A stretch of 63,847 nt of DNA, the filler included, from Choristocarpus tenellus KU-1152 (taxonomy: Eukaryota; Protista; Phaeophyceae): NCBI GenBank assembly GCA_964200185.2. It is 10 parts of 10 records of this genome, joined end to end, with 100 filler letters (N's around TTAATTAATTAA, not from the genome) between each part and the next. Parts side by side here need not be neighbours in the genome. Positions count along the whole stretch, not along the records: positions 23,740 to 39,633 come from CAXNAD020000911.1; positions 39,734 to 43,191 come from CAXNAD020019907.1; positions 43,292 to 48,328 come from CAXNAD020012092.1; positions 48,429 to 53,484 come from CAXNAD020012016.1; 6 more parts are not named here. One strand, given 5' to 3'. The notes beneath the pieces were generated by a model. It was given only the letters and a program-made list of their open reading frames with translations, was not told where the DNA came from and did not search any database. Within the stretch, counting starts at the first letter, position 1. Each line of letters starts with the position of its first letter. The position numbers and the translations under genes are program-made. This document shows positions 38,301 through 52,691 of this stretch, piece after piece.

Positions 38301-39930
38301 ATCAGGAGCAAGAGTTAGACTCCGCCCCGTCTTCCTCCATGACCCGGATGTAGACCTATTTGTACTATTACAAGCTCAGAGGTCCCACCTTCAAGCCTGT
38401 GGTCACACATAGGCACATACGCTCAACTGTATGGATGATCCTGGAATCCTGCGAGTGATCCCACTTGAAACTCATCAAGCAAAGGGAGGGACTGGATGTT
38501 ACGTGTGACCTATGGTTGTTTAGGCTCTAGCCCCCATCCCCTCAGTCTCCTGGTTGGACAGGGTCACTAGTGGGCATCAAGATGGGGGAGATGTGGTGAT
38601 AACAGAGATGGAACGTCGTTTGCTGGGCGATTCAAGGTTGTTAACTTTGTTGCAGCCACACAAAACACTATCGTGGGAGACACCCTCAACCGTGAATTAT
38701 GCTGAACAGCATACAGGATGGACATTTTTTGGTGGTGGTAGGATCACACATTTCCATCCACTAGTCTATTTGGGGCGAACGTTGGGGCGTTGTTTGTGGG
38801 TAGAACACGGTTACAATATTGGCATTGTTCAAAAATGAGGTACGTGTAGCTTCCAGAGCAGGGTTTTCGGGGGGGTTGACAGTCACATACTCTCGACATT
38901 TCACTTCAAAAAGAGGTTGCAAGGCAACAGGTTGCAACCACACACCGAGGTATGTGCGAAAAAAAGGTCTCTACAGAATAACAAAACTATTGTTGCGAGA
39001 CGAAATTATCAAGACTCAGGTCTCAGATCAAAAGGTAGCTGGCAAACCATTCAAACGAGAAAGGCTGTCCCCCTTCAAGGATCTCCTTGATACCAACGAG
39101 AGGAAGATGGAAGAGAAAAAAATGAGTTCGCCGTGGGGATCAAGCTGGTTTCTACCAACACTTGAAAGGGTCCCAGATAGGTAGAACCAAACAAAGTGCC
39201 TCCCAACACATTCACGACCAATCTAACAAGCTACAAAGAGAAAAAGGATCCAGCTAGGAACGATGGGAGCGATACCTTGAGGTGCTTCTAAATGGTAAGT
39301 TCGTCAACCTCATACTCAGCAGTGATGAAATCCTACAATAACGATCTACTCTCATGACACTGACAGATACCACAACATGGCTGAAGCAATCGATATCATG
39401 GAAGAGGGGAGATGGTGGAACCAAATAAAAGGGAGAGGAATTTCAAACTTGAATTTTGGTTGATGTGATAGAAGGTATACCTTCTTTATGTTGCGTTGAA
39501 AAATGAGGACGAGATTTTGGGATTGTATTTTTTAACAGAAACATATGTGGGAAAACTCTTTGTTCATTTATAAACCTTAAATTTGTGACAGGGCAGAGTA
39601 TCTCTGGGGCCATCGCATCACGAACTTTACCCTNNNNNNNNNNNNNNNNNNNNNNNNNNNNNNNNNNNNNNNNNNNNTTAATTAATTAANNNNNNNNNNN
39701 NNNNNNNNNNNNNNNNNNNNNNNNNNNNNNNNNAAAAACCACCACATTATACTTCAAAATACCACAACCCAACACCCCCCCCCCCCCCCCACAAACCAAC
39801 ATACTCAATAGATCCAAGTTAAATCAACCCAGCCTTAACTTACACATTGTATGTAAGCATCCAAACCTAATTTGAATGATTGTACTACTACTAACCCCCC
39901 CTTCCCCCCCAAACCTAACCCAATCATCAC

Positions 39931-42900
39931 CTTGGGATCCAGCACCCAGTCCATCAACAAGCGTTCGAACACAAAGGACACCTTATAGGCCCCCAACCAC
40001 GGAGGAGACAACGGAGGGTTATATGCCACAGCGTTCAAGAGCACCAGTCTCACATCAGCACAAAATTGGGACACAGATGCTGAGCACAGAGGAGGTTCGT
40101 CATCACCCTCTATCCTGTTTGCACTGTCTACCTTGCAGTCATTTGTTGTAACTGTCACAGAAATAAAATAACGACAAATCGGGGCAGGGTAGGAAGGAGT
40201 GGCAGTCTTACCCAGATACAGCCTATTGGGTCATTGTGACATGCAGGGTGCATAGAATTCAGGTAACTGTCATACATAGAGTGCGTCCTATCGACTAATT
40301 TTGATGTGTTTCAAAGTGGAATCAATCCTATTGACTCTCTGTTACACGTACACGGTACTACTTCATTCTATTGTGCAACAAAGACGTTGACATCCCACTT
40401 CGGGCAATCTCAACACATAGAATGCATCTTACTCCCTTTCGATGATACATGTAGAACCACGATACGTCCTATCGATAAACAATAAATACATCACCATAAA
40501 CAACTCTCACACTCAACATGGTTGCAGGTTTATCCTGACAATTCCAAGGCATCATCAACAGCGCCTTACATAGGGCTTCAGGTTAGTTAGCAGGTGGTAT
40601 CTACGCATATGTTTCTTACCACCGTTTCAAGAAAATGATCAGAGCCATGTAGTCCTCAATAACACTGGTGGCCATTCCCAACAAATTGCCCCTTGTTAAG
40701 ACATCATTGGTCACCTACAATGCCAAGCACAACCCAAACCAACACACTACATTCTCTCCTTTTCTGGTGCAAGGGGGCGGGGGGGGGGGAGCATACACAC
40801 ACACACTCATAGATAAAAATATATATATATATATATATTCAACTTATTTTTACACTATATAAAAAATATAATACAAATATCAATGATACAAAAATACATT
40901 GTATTCAGGTACAAAAGGCTGTAGACCGGACTTACCTCTGTTAGCAGCAATAGTGGGTGTGGATTGGTGCCCTGAACTCCTCCTTTGGAGTTTCCGGGCC
41001 CTCCTTGCCTGCCGAATACCCGCTCGCCTCAGGGCATGACCCACATCCGAGAACGCCATGGGGTTGGCCACAGAGTCAAAGTAGGCAGCGTGCCTATCAC
41101 AGAGATAGGGTTGGAGATAAGGTTGTTTTCGTACTCAGCACTTATGATACGGAGTTGAGTGAGGGGGTGAAAAGTGTGTAATAATGTTGAGTGTTGCAAG
41201 AAGGGTGAATGAGCGAAGACATCCTATTGGTTCATTGTGGCATACGAGCCATTGTATTGGTGGAAGTATCCTTTTGATAGGATGCCGTTTATCCCATTTA
41301 ACCTTTAATACTACTATCAGCAGTCACTGACATACAGGTTATTCTATCTGTAGACATACTGCTTTGCATAGACTGCTGCCTACCTCTTAAAAAACCTCAA
41401 ACTCTCAAATAATGTGATTAAATTTGGCAATGGTTTCCTTAGTGAAGACAGCTCTCTTACTGCAATTACCTATTGAGGAAAAAACAACCCCAAACATACG
41501 ACATCGGATGTCATAGATCATCCTCATAGTCTAGTGGTTCATCCCCCCCCCAAGCACAACTGCAATAAATAACTGTCTTCAACAAAACACTTACAAAACA
41601 ATACTCAATGATTAACCATCAGAATATCCAAGCAATGAAAAAGTAAACAAAAATATACCTCTACAACACACAAAGAGGTAATACAATAAACAACTCCAGC
41701 CAATCTCCCTTCCTCCCTCATCCTGTCCCAAGGTAGACTCCACCGCCGCCTCAAACACAACAATCGTTCCTTGTGACCCCTAATTCCAACCCTTCCAATC
41801 AAAACAACCACAGATTAGAGCCAGCACAAAAACAAAACAAAAACAAAAATGTACACACCTTGTAGGGTCCATTGGTTCCAGGAAGAACGTGGCTGACGGC
41901 TGAAGAGATAGAGTTCGCAACAGTGCAAAACACCTTGTAAAAACATTATCACACAAACACACACACACACGCACATAATATTAGAAAAAGGTACTAATGA
42001 GTCTTAAACTATCACGTAGCTATAGAGACCCAATGTATATTAAAGCCACCTCAGAGAGACCATCTCCAGATTTGCACCAAATACATCCCTACATCCTCCA
42101 TTCCAATGACAACAGATTCACCCACGGGTGTCTTTTCCTCTACACAGAGTGAAATCATCTTAGAGGGTATACCAGCTTTTGTCATTTTTGTCCGTTTGTT
42201 TGGGACTTGGCTTCCCACGGGTTTAATGACGTTTTACCTACTCCAAAATGTTTCGGAGTAGGTAAAACGTATACGCTATGAAAAGGAGTGTCCGGAACAA
42301 GGATATTGACATTTTCTAACAAATGTGATAAGCCAAAACTACATCAAAATTGCAACATTGGATTTTGGCCCCCAAATGGACGCAGCTCTACCCTCTAAGA
42401 TACTTTGACTCATGTCCACAGACTCCTGACACGGCAGTTGCCCAATATTTGGGCTGTGAAAGTGGGGGTAGGAGAGTCAGGTATCACATTCAAGTGCCGC
42501 AGGATACCAAAAAGAGACAAAATCTACCCCACTCCAGGAAACTTCACCACAGAACATGGAAGCTCCATTCCAAAAAGCTCTGAACGAACGCATCATAACT
42601 ATTGAGTTTGGGCTAAGGCAATCGGTAGATTGATAGCACTTCTATGATCTCCACATTATATCCTAGAAGTAAAGTTGAAGACCAATCGACATCGTGATCA
42701 AACATATTCGTTAGATTGTTGTTCATCTTCTCAGGCACTTCCATCCTCTCCGCCCCCTCCCCCCCCCAAAAAAATAAATAAATCCAACGGGCGCTCGTTG
42801 CTGCTCGTGCCACTCCACATGCGTTGAGCACGAGGTTTTTGATTGTCCAATCAAATACACCGGACTGCTTCAGATCGATCAAAACAACGTTCCCAAATCC

Positions 42901-43016
42901 CTTCAGTCCACAGCCCTATAATACAATTCTGACCTCCTTTGTGACAGAGCAGTCAGGGCAGCGGTGACCTGCATGCGATCAGCATATGCGAGCCCCATAA
43001 AAACGCCAGGCATCTT
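39931..43016 (-). CDS. Bromodomain-containing protein, partial; exons 43016-42934 (tentative), 41933-41859, 41093-40936, 40151-39931
   Basis: Phase-consistent splicing gives CFALLRTLSLQPSATFFLEPMDPTRHAAYFDSVANPMAFSDV...FCADVRLVLLNAVAYNPPLSPPWLGAYKVSFVFERLLMDW, i.e. bromodomain helices Z, A, B and C with the conserved YN. Confidence 0.85.
42147..42411 (+). mobile_element. MITE family B, in an intron or upstream region of the bromodomain gene
   Basis: GAGTGAAATCATCTTAGAGGGTA...TACCCTCTAAGATACTTTGACTC with the family B body. Confidence 0.88.
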
Positions 43017-43938
43017 CTACGAAAACTCAGTTCCTAAATATCACACTTCACTCACTCGGGAAGCACAACGTTTGAATATACGTAAGCCTTTACCGAATCC
43101 TTTCTGAGATCTCTATATATATCTATGTGGAAAGCATGTTTGTCTGTTATTATACCGTTATTGCTGTATGCCATATACCGTTATACCGTGGNNNNNNNNN
43201 NNNNNNNNNNNNNNNNNNNNNNNNNNNNNNNNNNNTTAATTAATTAANNNNNNNNNNNNNNNNNNNNNNNNNNNNNNNNNNNNNNNNNNNNCCTCCCCTC
43301 ATGAACACACCCCACACGCGGATATCATTTTTTCCTCTCACTTGTCGGCAGATCAAAGTGTGAGGAGGGTGAGATGAGGCGAAGCAGGGAAGGATGGCCA
43401 ATGGGAAGGGCAAGTTGGGCAAGGACATCAAAGGACAGCAAGCTTGGTACTCATTACACTAGTGTTTCCCTGAACCTACGCCAGGTGTAGAAACGGGGAT
43501 CGTTTTTGGGCAACGTTTATTTGATCCTTCCATCATAGCTCTAGCCCTGCCTAGTATAGCCCAGTTTTGTCCATTATTGCCGAAAAAAATTGAGAAGGCT
43601 CAAATACACCCATTATAGTACCAAGGATACAGCGGCATGCCTAACATGTTGCAGCCAACGCCTCTGTCTGTTACGCCTGTTCATTTCTCCCAGTCCCTTG
43701 CTCCTTGATTACTATTAGCTCACAAAGTCAACATATCCCACATTGTTCAAGTTCTAAAAAGGGGTTAGACAGCCCCACTTGGAACCTGGGGGAGAGGATG
43801 CTTCCATACTCTGATGGGGGGGGGTTGTCTTATGAGTAGTTGTCGGGAATTATTACAGAAGATGTAATTCAATTGAGATCTTGATGTTATTTGTGGCCAA
43901 CCCTTTTTCCACACTCCCTTGTCCTGGGTGACCTGAGG

Positions 43939-44110
43939 GGCTCAAAGTATCTGGGGGAGGGTGGCGGCTGTCCATTCGGGGCCCACCTTTCCATGTCACG
44001 ATTTTTGGGTGATTCGGTTGCATGTGTCGGATGGATAATATAAGTTCACTTCTCCTGGTCAGGGCCTGAATAATCACCCTGGTGTAGACCCCCCCCAGAT
44101 ACTTTGAGCA
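43939..44110 (-). mobile_element. MITE family A, TSD AGG
   Basis: GGCTCAAAGTATCTGGGG...CCCCAGATACTTTGAGCA flanked by AGG on both sides. Confidence 0.9.
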
Positions 44111-45307
44111 AGGCATGACTCATTCTTGCCCACAACAAAAAAATAAAATCCCCCAAGATTCCTTCAGGATATTCTATTTAAGGAGCTAGGCATGAGGTCT
44201 TTGACACCTGGAGTTCTACTATTCTTGAGAACTAGTAATTGAAACATCGATTTGAACTGATAGAATTTGTGGGCAGATTGCCCCAGGTCTTGCCGCTCTC
44301 CCTGTGGCACTAGTGCTTTATTCATATTTCCAGGCTAGAATCTTTGCCTCTAAAGATACCAGGCAGAACTCAGAGTTGAACAGCATCAGGACTCCCTGCA
44401 GAGATCTCAGGGTCGTTGTATAAACGACTGGGGCTTTCCGTGACATGATAAAAAGTGGTACTTTGAGACTTCAGGATCCACTATGGGAAGGTAGAGTGCT
44501 CTGTAGTGCTACCCATGTTCTCTGTGCAGCTCGCTAGGGTTTTTTTCCATAGTACCCTGCCAAACTGCTGTAGAGATACCTCTAGCACTATCAATGCAAA
44601 GTGAATTCTACAGCATCAGAGCAACATGGTGTAACCAGAAGCTAAAAATGAGCGGCAAAACCTATACTATATTTTTTCTACTGTTATTTGTGTTGTACTC
44701 ATCATATATCAAGACGAATGAGTCCATCCCCTTTCAACTTTATTTTCAAAAAAGCGGCACTATATAACTTGGTTTTATTACGTGAGGGGCACCACCTGTC
44801 TATTGTGGCCATCAGTTCCCCCATATCTTAAAGAGGAGGTTGACCCCAAAAAAAGAAAAGAAAAAGTGTTCATCCTCTCTTCCCCTGTTCTCGGCAGTCA
44901 ACGGTCTCGTATCATCAGGGGGTATACTGCGTACCACTCAAAGGAAGGTCAATGTGTGTTCTGATTTACTTGCCACATGCTGCTCACGGATCAGTGGACA
45001 ACACAATGAAAGGGGAGTAGAAACGCCCACCCAAAGCTGAGGACAAGGGTGTATTCGATACACTTCGTACCGTGTCCAGCATTTTGGAGGATGTCCACAG
45101 TATGCCGTTGTTTGGAATGATGCCGGCAATGGTACCCCAACGGTTAAAGATAGACCCAAGTCGTCTGGATGGATAGTACCTGTCCTCAGCGAGCATCGTC
45201 CCTCTGCCTCTTATTCCATAACCCTGTCCTGTACCTCCCATTTCTCCCCTGTCTCCATGCCTGCTGCCTGCTTGTCTCCTCTCTTGTGTTTGTTTTTTTC
45301 CCTGAAG

Positions 45308-47825
45308 CGCCTAATACTATCATTGCACCATCTTGCCACCTTCATTAATGCCACCCGGTCCCGGGCGGGAGCCAGAGCAATCTCTCTATTGGTAAACAAG
45401 AACGAAGCACTTAGGAAAGAGATGTCCCTGGCTGTGGGAAGGGCATATGAAGAAGCCATTGAGGCAGCTACGGAGGCAGCAGTAGCATCCGCTGCACACA
45501 CTGCAGCCATGGTTGCAGTTGAAGAGGCGAGAAGGGACAAGGCGGATATTCTAAAGCAGGCAAGGTCTTGTCTTTCTCTCTTCGAGTGCTGAAACATCGC
45601 AGGCAGCAGAAGGGTTGTTGTGGGAAGGGTTGATGTGGGAAGCAAACTATCGTTCTTTGGTATTGGGGCAGAAATTTCAATCTCACTCCTCTTGAACAAC
45701 TGGATATAATCCAACAGAGACTTGAATTGTATGTTGATCTCCTCAGCATGTCCTCAACATTTTTTTGTAAAATTGATCCAAACCTCAGCACATCGCATGA
45801 CAGCGTTCACTCTCTGCTCATACATTCAGTCAAACACTAATTGCATGCAGGCATCTGATACCTACTCATAAGATAACCCCCCCCCCATCAGAGCATCCAT
45901 AAAATGCCACTCTCGGATACTTAGATTCTTTCATACACCCCCACTTGCTTCAAAGAGCATCAGGAATTTTTGAGGGTTTCCAGGACAACCTCAAATGTGC
46001 AGAGCTTGGAAGCATTACAGAGATATGAGTTATCCAACCCCAATTCCCCCCTAAGATGTATTAACCGAAACAGGAAAGGCGCCAATTATTATGGACTGGC
46101 GATAATCGTTTGCACTACTACGCAATCGGGTCATCAGCTGTTCATTGCCACCGTCCAAAGAGCCCCCCTGACAACAATTGCCTGCACAAGTGGTTCCTTT
46201 GTGCTGGGAAAGGATTTTCATTTCTACAACTGGGGGCTTGTTAGCAATCTGCACAAAGTACCAAGCACTTCCCAGAGTGTCATCAAGAGCACTCATTGCT
46301 TGCCTGCCTTTCCCTTCTTTATGATCAACCCTCCTTGTTCTTCTCTCACTACACTCCTTCAACTGAAGCTGGAAGAGCCACTCCGGAAAATCACTGGGTA
46401 CAAGGAACGTGATGAAAAGGTCGTCTTGGAACGAGAGAGGGTCAGTCGCATCCTTGAAGAAAGGGTAAGGACTGTTCAAGAGACAGAGGGGAAATCAGTT
46501 GGTGCAAGGTTCAGGAGAGGTCTTGAGGCTTTTAGACGAACAAATGCAATCAAAGAGGTACGGTAGGAGCAGTTGCCGCTCTTCAAGCATGCATCCTGCA
46601 GTTTAAGATGAAATCCAGACACACATGGTGTTGCAAAGAAGGCTAGATGCGAGGTAGAAAACAATATACGGCTTCATTCCTCTCTCATGGTCTCTTATCA
46701 CAGTTGGGGGTTGAAGTTGATAATAGCTGTTTAAGTAGTTCCAGTTCAGGTTTAACCTCACATACCTTTCGAGTCAGACATGGTGCCCATCAGCAGACAA
46801 TGTCTATTTCTTATTTTTTCTCACTATCTCCATGCAGAATACAACTTGTGTCAACCTCTCTCGGGGTAAGCATTACTTTTAGTGGTCTTGTCCCTAGAAG
46901 TGCACACTGCCTTAGTATATATTGCTGGGTTCCTTTGGCCATATCTGCTATTCCTTCCCCATTCATTCCTTAGCTAGAAACGCTCAAAGAGGCTCTGGAC
47001 ACAAAGGCTGGACAAGAGGACATCACTGCCGTGCTGGGGGAGATGGGTGATGTGAAGGATATGCTGGGTGTGGTCCGGGAATCGCTACCAGAGGAAATTG
47101 CCATTGTGCAGCTCCAAGTAAGGAATGCTCTGGAGTATTAATACCAAATTTATGTGCTGATCGGGAGAGTGGTTGTGTCCTGTACTCGAGTGACCTCAAC
47201 AAAGCCTAGGAGGGAATATTATCAGATTCTACACATATTCAGGGACAACCTGTACTCCAATACCTACATTTATACACAGTACACATTATATGCAAAAATC
47301 AATCACTTTCTTACTCTCTTATGGTTGTCACATAACTACTGCCCTTCGCTCAGTTACAACAGTCCATAATATTGGAGTAACTAGTCTTACACCTGAAACC
47401 AATGAGAAGATGACCATCCCTAACCCCAGTCCATATGCTATCTCACACTGACTACTGTGAGTGTCAAAGGGGTAGGCGCATCAACAGAGTTTAGAGATCT
47501 AGCCTCCCGGCGTGAGAGGTTGGATCATTCTCGAGTGAGCTATTACTCTAACTACCTTATACACCCCGTTCAAGATGTACAGATTGCCCTGCAACGTATC
47601 TGTAATATCTGCCCATCAAGATCACTTGATCCTCCCGTCCCTGAGCAGGAGGCCCTTGCAAACAAGGCCGACAAGAATCACACTCGACGTCAAATGTCGA
47701 ATTTGGTCTCACGAGTTGCAGAGCTGCTTCGGGATGAGGGAGACGATCCTGCTGTGGTCAAAAGGAAGTGTCTCTCCTGCGATAGACTCTTTCACAAACA
47801 AAGCTTCCAAGAGCTGGCAAATCAG
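45308..47825 (+). CDS. Coiled-coil protein, QRICH2/C16orf96-like (DUF4795-like), partial; exons 45308-45559, 46369-46557, 46974-47117, 47649-47825
   Basis: Phase-0 exons encode a heptad-rich helix with LDTKAGQ / LANKADK repeats ending in DDPAVVKRKCLSCDR. The terminal CLSCDR motif is typical of DUF4795 proteins. Confidence 0.65.
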
Positions 47826-50800
47826 GTCATACTCGGAGTACTTCAAAGATTGGATCTATTCTAGGGTTTGCTGTTCGGTGGTTTGTAGGTCTCTTGCCGT
47901 TGAGATGCAGTTGTAAAGTTGATGTAACCACATATGGGTACATTGGGAGCATGTTGCAATTGCCTCTTCCTTCCATTGTCTGTCAATAAGAATCAACCAT
48001 AACTGGCGAACGGTGTGGGCACTTGTGCCTTCACACAAAGTAGGTTTCGCAGTACTCCGGGATGAAGACCCATATGATACATGATACACTGTCCGGTGAG
48101 GGGAAGTCCTGCTATGTGGTACTACATTATGAGTAGAGCCTAGAACGAAGGTATCACATTAATCCAAGGCATACATGAATATGCCACGCAACTGACTCAC
48201 TAACACTGAGATGGCTTTTACCGGTTAGTACCAAGGAGTACTTTGTGAAGTGTACAATGGCTCAAAGTATCTGGGAGGGGGTGGCGGCTGTCCATTTGGG
48301 GTCAATTTTTTCGTGTCGCGATTTTTGGNNNNNNNNNNNNNNNNNNNNNNNNNNNNNNNNNNNNNNNNNNNNTTAATTAATTAANNNNNNNNNNNNNNNN
48401 NNNNNNNNNNNNNNNNNNNNNNNNNNNNCCCCCCACCCCATCCCCCCATGTTGACCTCCGTTACCCCTCATATCCAGAATCCACCATAGTGGGGTTTGCA
48501 CTGTGGTTGGGCGGACGCTGTACTATATAGTTCTCACCTTGCATTTATTTTTTGTTGTTTGGTTATGATTGTTCTCCTTGTGATCTTTTGTTGTTCTTTG
48601 AGATCTTAAAGTTAAGATATATTTTAATTGCCGTGCTCATAGCCTGTGTTCCCATTGGATGCTTTCTTCAGGGTGGGTGCACATATGGAGTTCCCACACT
48701 GTGGGCGTGGGCTTTTCGAAACCCCTGCTGGTATTGTTGAGTGGGGCCCGCTCAACTCAACCCCTCGATATCAGCAGATTTCTCCATCAAGTTCTTTTTT
48801 TTCGTATTGATCTGGACTAGAGTCGATCCTTCACTAGGAAGTCTATTTATTGTGCACAACGCTGATATCGAGATTTGTGTGCAAAAGCTCCACAAGCAAA
48901 TGGAACCTGTTGAACTCTCTTGTTCCAAGGTCATGTTTTCTTCCTTGGTTGTTGTGTGTGTGGCTTGTCGGAATGGATTGTATGAACTCGCCGGCTTGGG
49001 ACTTGACTTGTTGGGATGGACTTTAGGTGCCAAGCAGGAAGCTCCATTCATACAATCACTGGCCGGAGCAACCTTTGTTCTCAAGAATAATAAAATGTCA
49101 AGATATCATGAGTCCACAGTTGATGGTGTACATGGAAGGGTGAAATTGGAAATAGAGCTCTAGCCGGTCAGTCGTACAAGTATCACCAGGAAATTTCCCA
49201 TGGAAACAGTGAGACAACTTGAAGGACTGATGCTCGGGAGGTGATAAACACGATAGCTCGAATGAGGCTATGGGGAGCAGAGCTCCTTGCTCCATATTGC
49301 GAAACGGGCACACTTGAATCTTGAATTCATTTTGCTGGTGTTTAATTTGGAGTTTGAAACGTTGATAATTTGACTGTATATATTTTTTTAATAATGAGAT
49401 TGGGGGCCTGAAATGATTCAAACCTATTTTCCACCCTTTTTGCTCCTTTAATAGGTTCCTCGAGAATATATATATATATATATTTCAAGCTTATTTCATT
49501 GTGAGATGGTAAGATATTAAATATCATGAGAGCATGTACACTTCTACTCCTGTGTATAGTACAGTAGCATATGTATTTTTATATATGTATATATATATAT
49601 TTTTTTTCACACCTTATACGTCATTTGTTGGGCACATAATGCTCCTCCTTAAAATCTTACAAAATGTTTTCCCAGTATTTTCTGTTGATACACTAAATTT
49701 TTATCACCATTGAAATTGGAGCTTTTTTTCTTGTCCAGACTTATAGATTTTTCCTCTTTTTTTAATTTCCAGACAAAGGTTTTAATTAGAAGTTCCCATT
49801 ACAGCATGATGATAGCACCGTACACACAGCTGGATTTGTTTTCCTACTAATATACTGTTGTATCAGACCATAGCTCTTTTTTTTCTTATCTCTGAAACAG
49901 CCGCAGATGAGAGTTGACAAGGAACCCTAACCCTTATGAGCTCTGGAGCACCTCTAGTGAAAAAAAATGACTTCGACTACAGCCTCCTAGATGGGGTTAG
50001 TGGACATTGTACAGCATGGGAAATGGAGTGCTAGGTACTTCAGTTAATACTTCTTAAAAGGGCCTCAATAGAACCCCCTCTAAGGTGGGATGGATCTGAG
50101 GTGTTCTTTGTGTGCACCTGGGTATTGCTTCTTTCCCCCTCCATGACAGTGTCAGATATTTGCGAAGTTTCAGTGGGCAAAACATAATATTTTATTTTTT
50201 TCTATGTCTTCCTCCAATCAGGCGAAAGGAACTAGGAACCAACACCTTCTGTGTCACCTCTTCCTTGTGGAGGGCAACCATTTGAACGTTTATGCACTTA
50301 ATATGCTTGAAATTGCCCCCCAGAGTGCCAGAAACACATCTACTAAAAGGTAGTCACAGGAGCTCAAAATAATCAACCGCACCCCCCTTCGAGGTAAGAA
50401 CACCCCCCCTCACCCCACACCTATGCATTAATATCTGAATTTGTGACCTCCCTGGAGATAAAGAATCCACTTCTATCTGAGTCAACCGTTTCTAGCTTTG
50501 TTTTTCATTTGTGTTAGGATGAGTCTCAAGAGAGTCTGCGATGCTTGCAATAAAGGCCTTCCTGTACGACAATTGTTCATGTAATATAATTTGAAAACAA
50601 GAAACGAAAGTCTTCCAAACTACACAACTTGATAATACTTCGAACTATTCAACATTCGTTTTGTGTATGCTTCAAGTTAAGCAATAAATTATATATATAA
50701 GTTTGTGTATATAAGTTTGTGTAGTTGATATTGTTGCTGTGTGTGAAGGGGCATCTGTTGTAAGCATGACAGACTTAGTCGTTTTGCTGTGTCTCTTGTG

Positions 50801-52691
50801 TGTTGCTTATTCCCTCACCTCTGCTACAGCATCGCATAAATATATATACAAACCGTACATACTCTTGTTATCCATTTAGAATTTAAATGTCATCTGCCTT
50901 TTGTACTTATCAAAAATCGGTGTTCTTACTCAACCTGGAACTTATGCGACTGCTGGAGACTACTAAGCCCATCAACAACACCGCCATGGCATCACACACA
51001 AGAATCAGGAATGGCTGCCCTGTTCAGCTACATGGCATACCTCAATACCTGGCACTTCTAAACTGCAGTATAAGAGCATTGGGATGGAACATTCAGTAAT
51101 GTCGATCAATGCTCATCCAAAGCAATCTGTTGACACACGGCCCCACCATATTATTGCTTTATGTCCGCTAACCTATTGTAGATAGATGTTGACGTGGGAG
51201 AAAGAGTCAGAGTAAACTAGAGGTACCCGGAGTTGGATTTTAAGGATGCTGACAAGTATGTGCAAAATTCGATTTAAAAAAAAATGATGTGTGTAGGATA
51301 TTTTGAACTTGAATTGTGTCAGAATTTTTTCAAAAAGAGAAATAAACGCTTTCAAAGTTGAAGTTAGAACTTAGTCCATGCAAATACAAGTGAATTGCAA
51401 AAGATTAAAAAACAGACTTAAAATGCAAAACGCCCAAAACCTGGGTACCTCCCTCTCGTTTGCCTTGGCTCAAAATCGTATCATGGGAAAAGGAAGCATT
51501 TTTTTTACTGTTGCCATTGTAAATGTTTTAATAATATATTATCTTCACTTTTGTTTAGGTAGTATCCGAACCTGTGGTCAAAGCCGCTACTACTACGCAT
51601 TGTACAGTGCCCTAATTCTTATACTCGCTGTTAGTGCTACTAAACAACTGTTGCACTACCACTAAGTGTACTGCCTCTGGCTGTTCATTGTTTCTCCCAA
51701 GGTTGGGTTCTGTCCACTCCTCCACTACTAGTCGCTTTGCCTCCTCCCTAAAACCTTGTGCTGGATCCGCCTCAATGTGGCTTGGTAATGACCTCTTGCC
51801 ACCTCGTTCCTGGTCCGATGTTTTTGCGGTAAGGCAACTTGTGGGATTGGACAGGTGTATAATCTGTAGTGTTTGTGATGTGGACTTTGGATGGTCATCG
51901 AAACCGGAATTAATGATAAGAAGTCTAGTGTTGATACTTGCGAACTTTGCGGAGAGAAAAACAGCCTTCTTAATCACTGAGTTACATAAAGAATAAAGAG
52001 GAGTTCGCAGTACACAACAATAAGTTTCTTGGTTGTAATAACCAATATATATATATATTGTCTTGACATTTGTTTTGGGTACTATCCCGGCCTGAGATCT
52101 GAGGCACCACACGCTACACACTACTTTTCATACTAATGACCGACAATGATAGACCACAACTACGTGCACTACTTTCTTCCGTTGTTCACACCTTGCTTCT
52201 CGAGCGTTGGGGTTCAGCAATCCCACTGTTCTTCACTCCACCTCCTACATCAAATACTCTGATGCCCAACCCCCCTCAACATTGGCACCTTGATCTTGGT
52301 CCAGATTTTTTGTGATATTGTGTCAGATAGGATACTCCTAGTGATGTACCATATTATGCAACCTTGCCTACCTCTTTATTGGTAGGGTCCTTGCCTTCAC
52401 TGCTTACTCGTTCCCCCCCCTCTTCCGATTGTCACTCCACCTCCTCCCTCGAATCTTGTGCTGGATACACCTCGACGTTGCCACCTCAATCTTGGTCCGA
52501 CCTCTTTGTAGTAGAGGGACAGATAGGATGCAATAGCTCAGAAGTACCATCAGTTGAAGTTACCATAAGGAGTTGGATAATACAAAGTCTCCAAGAAGAA
52601 ACCTGTCGTCAATAGGGTTTGAACCATCGTAATCCATACAAGAATACTTCCTTAACGACTTTTTTCATTGAAAATATCAGTAGATGGCCTC

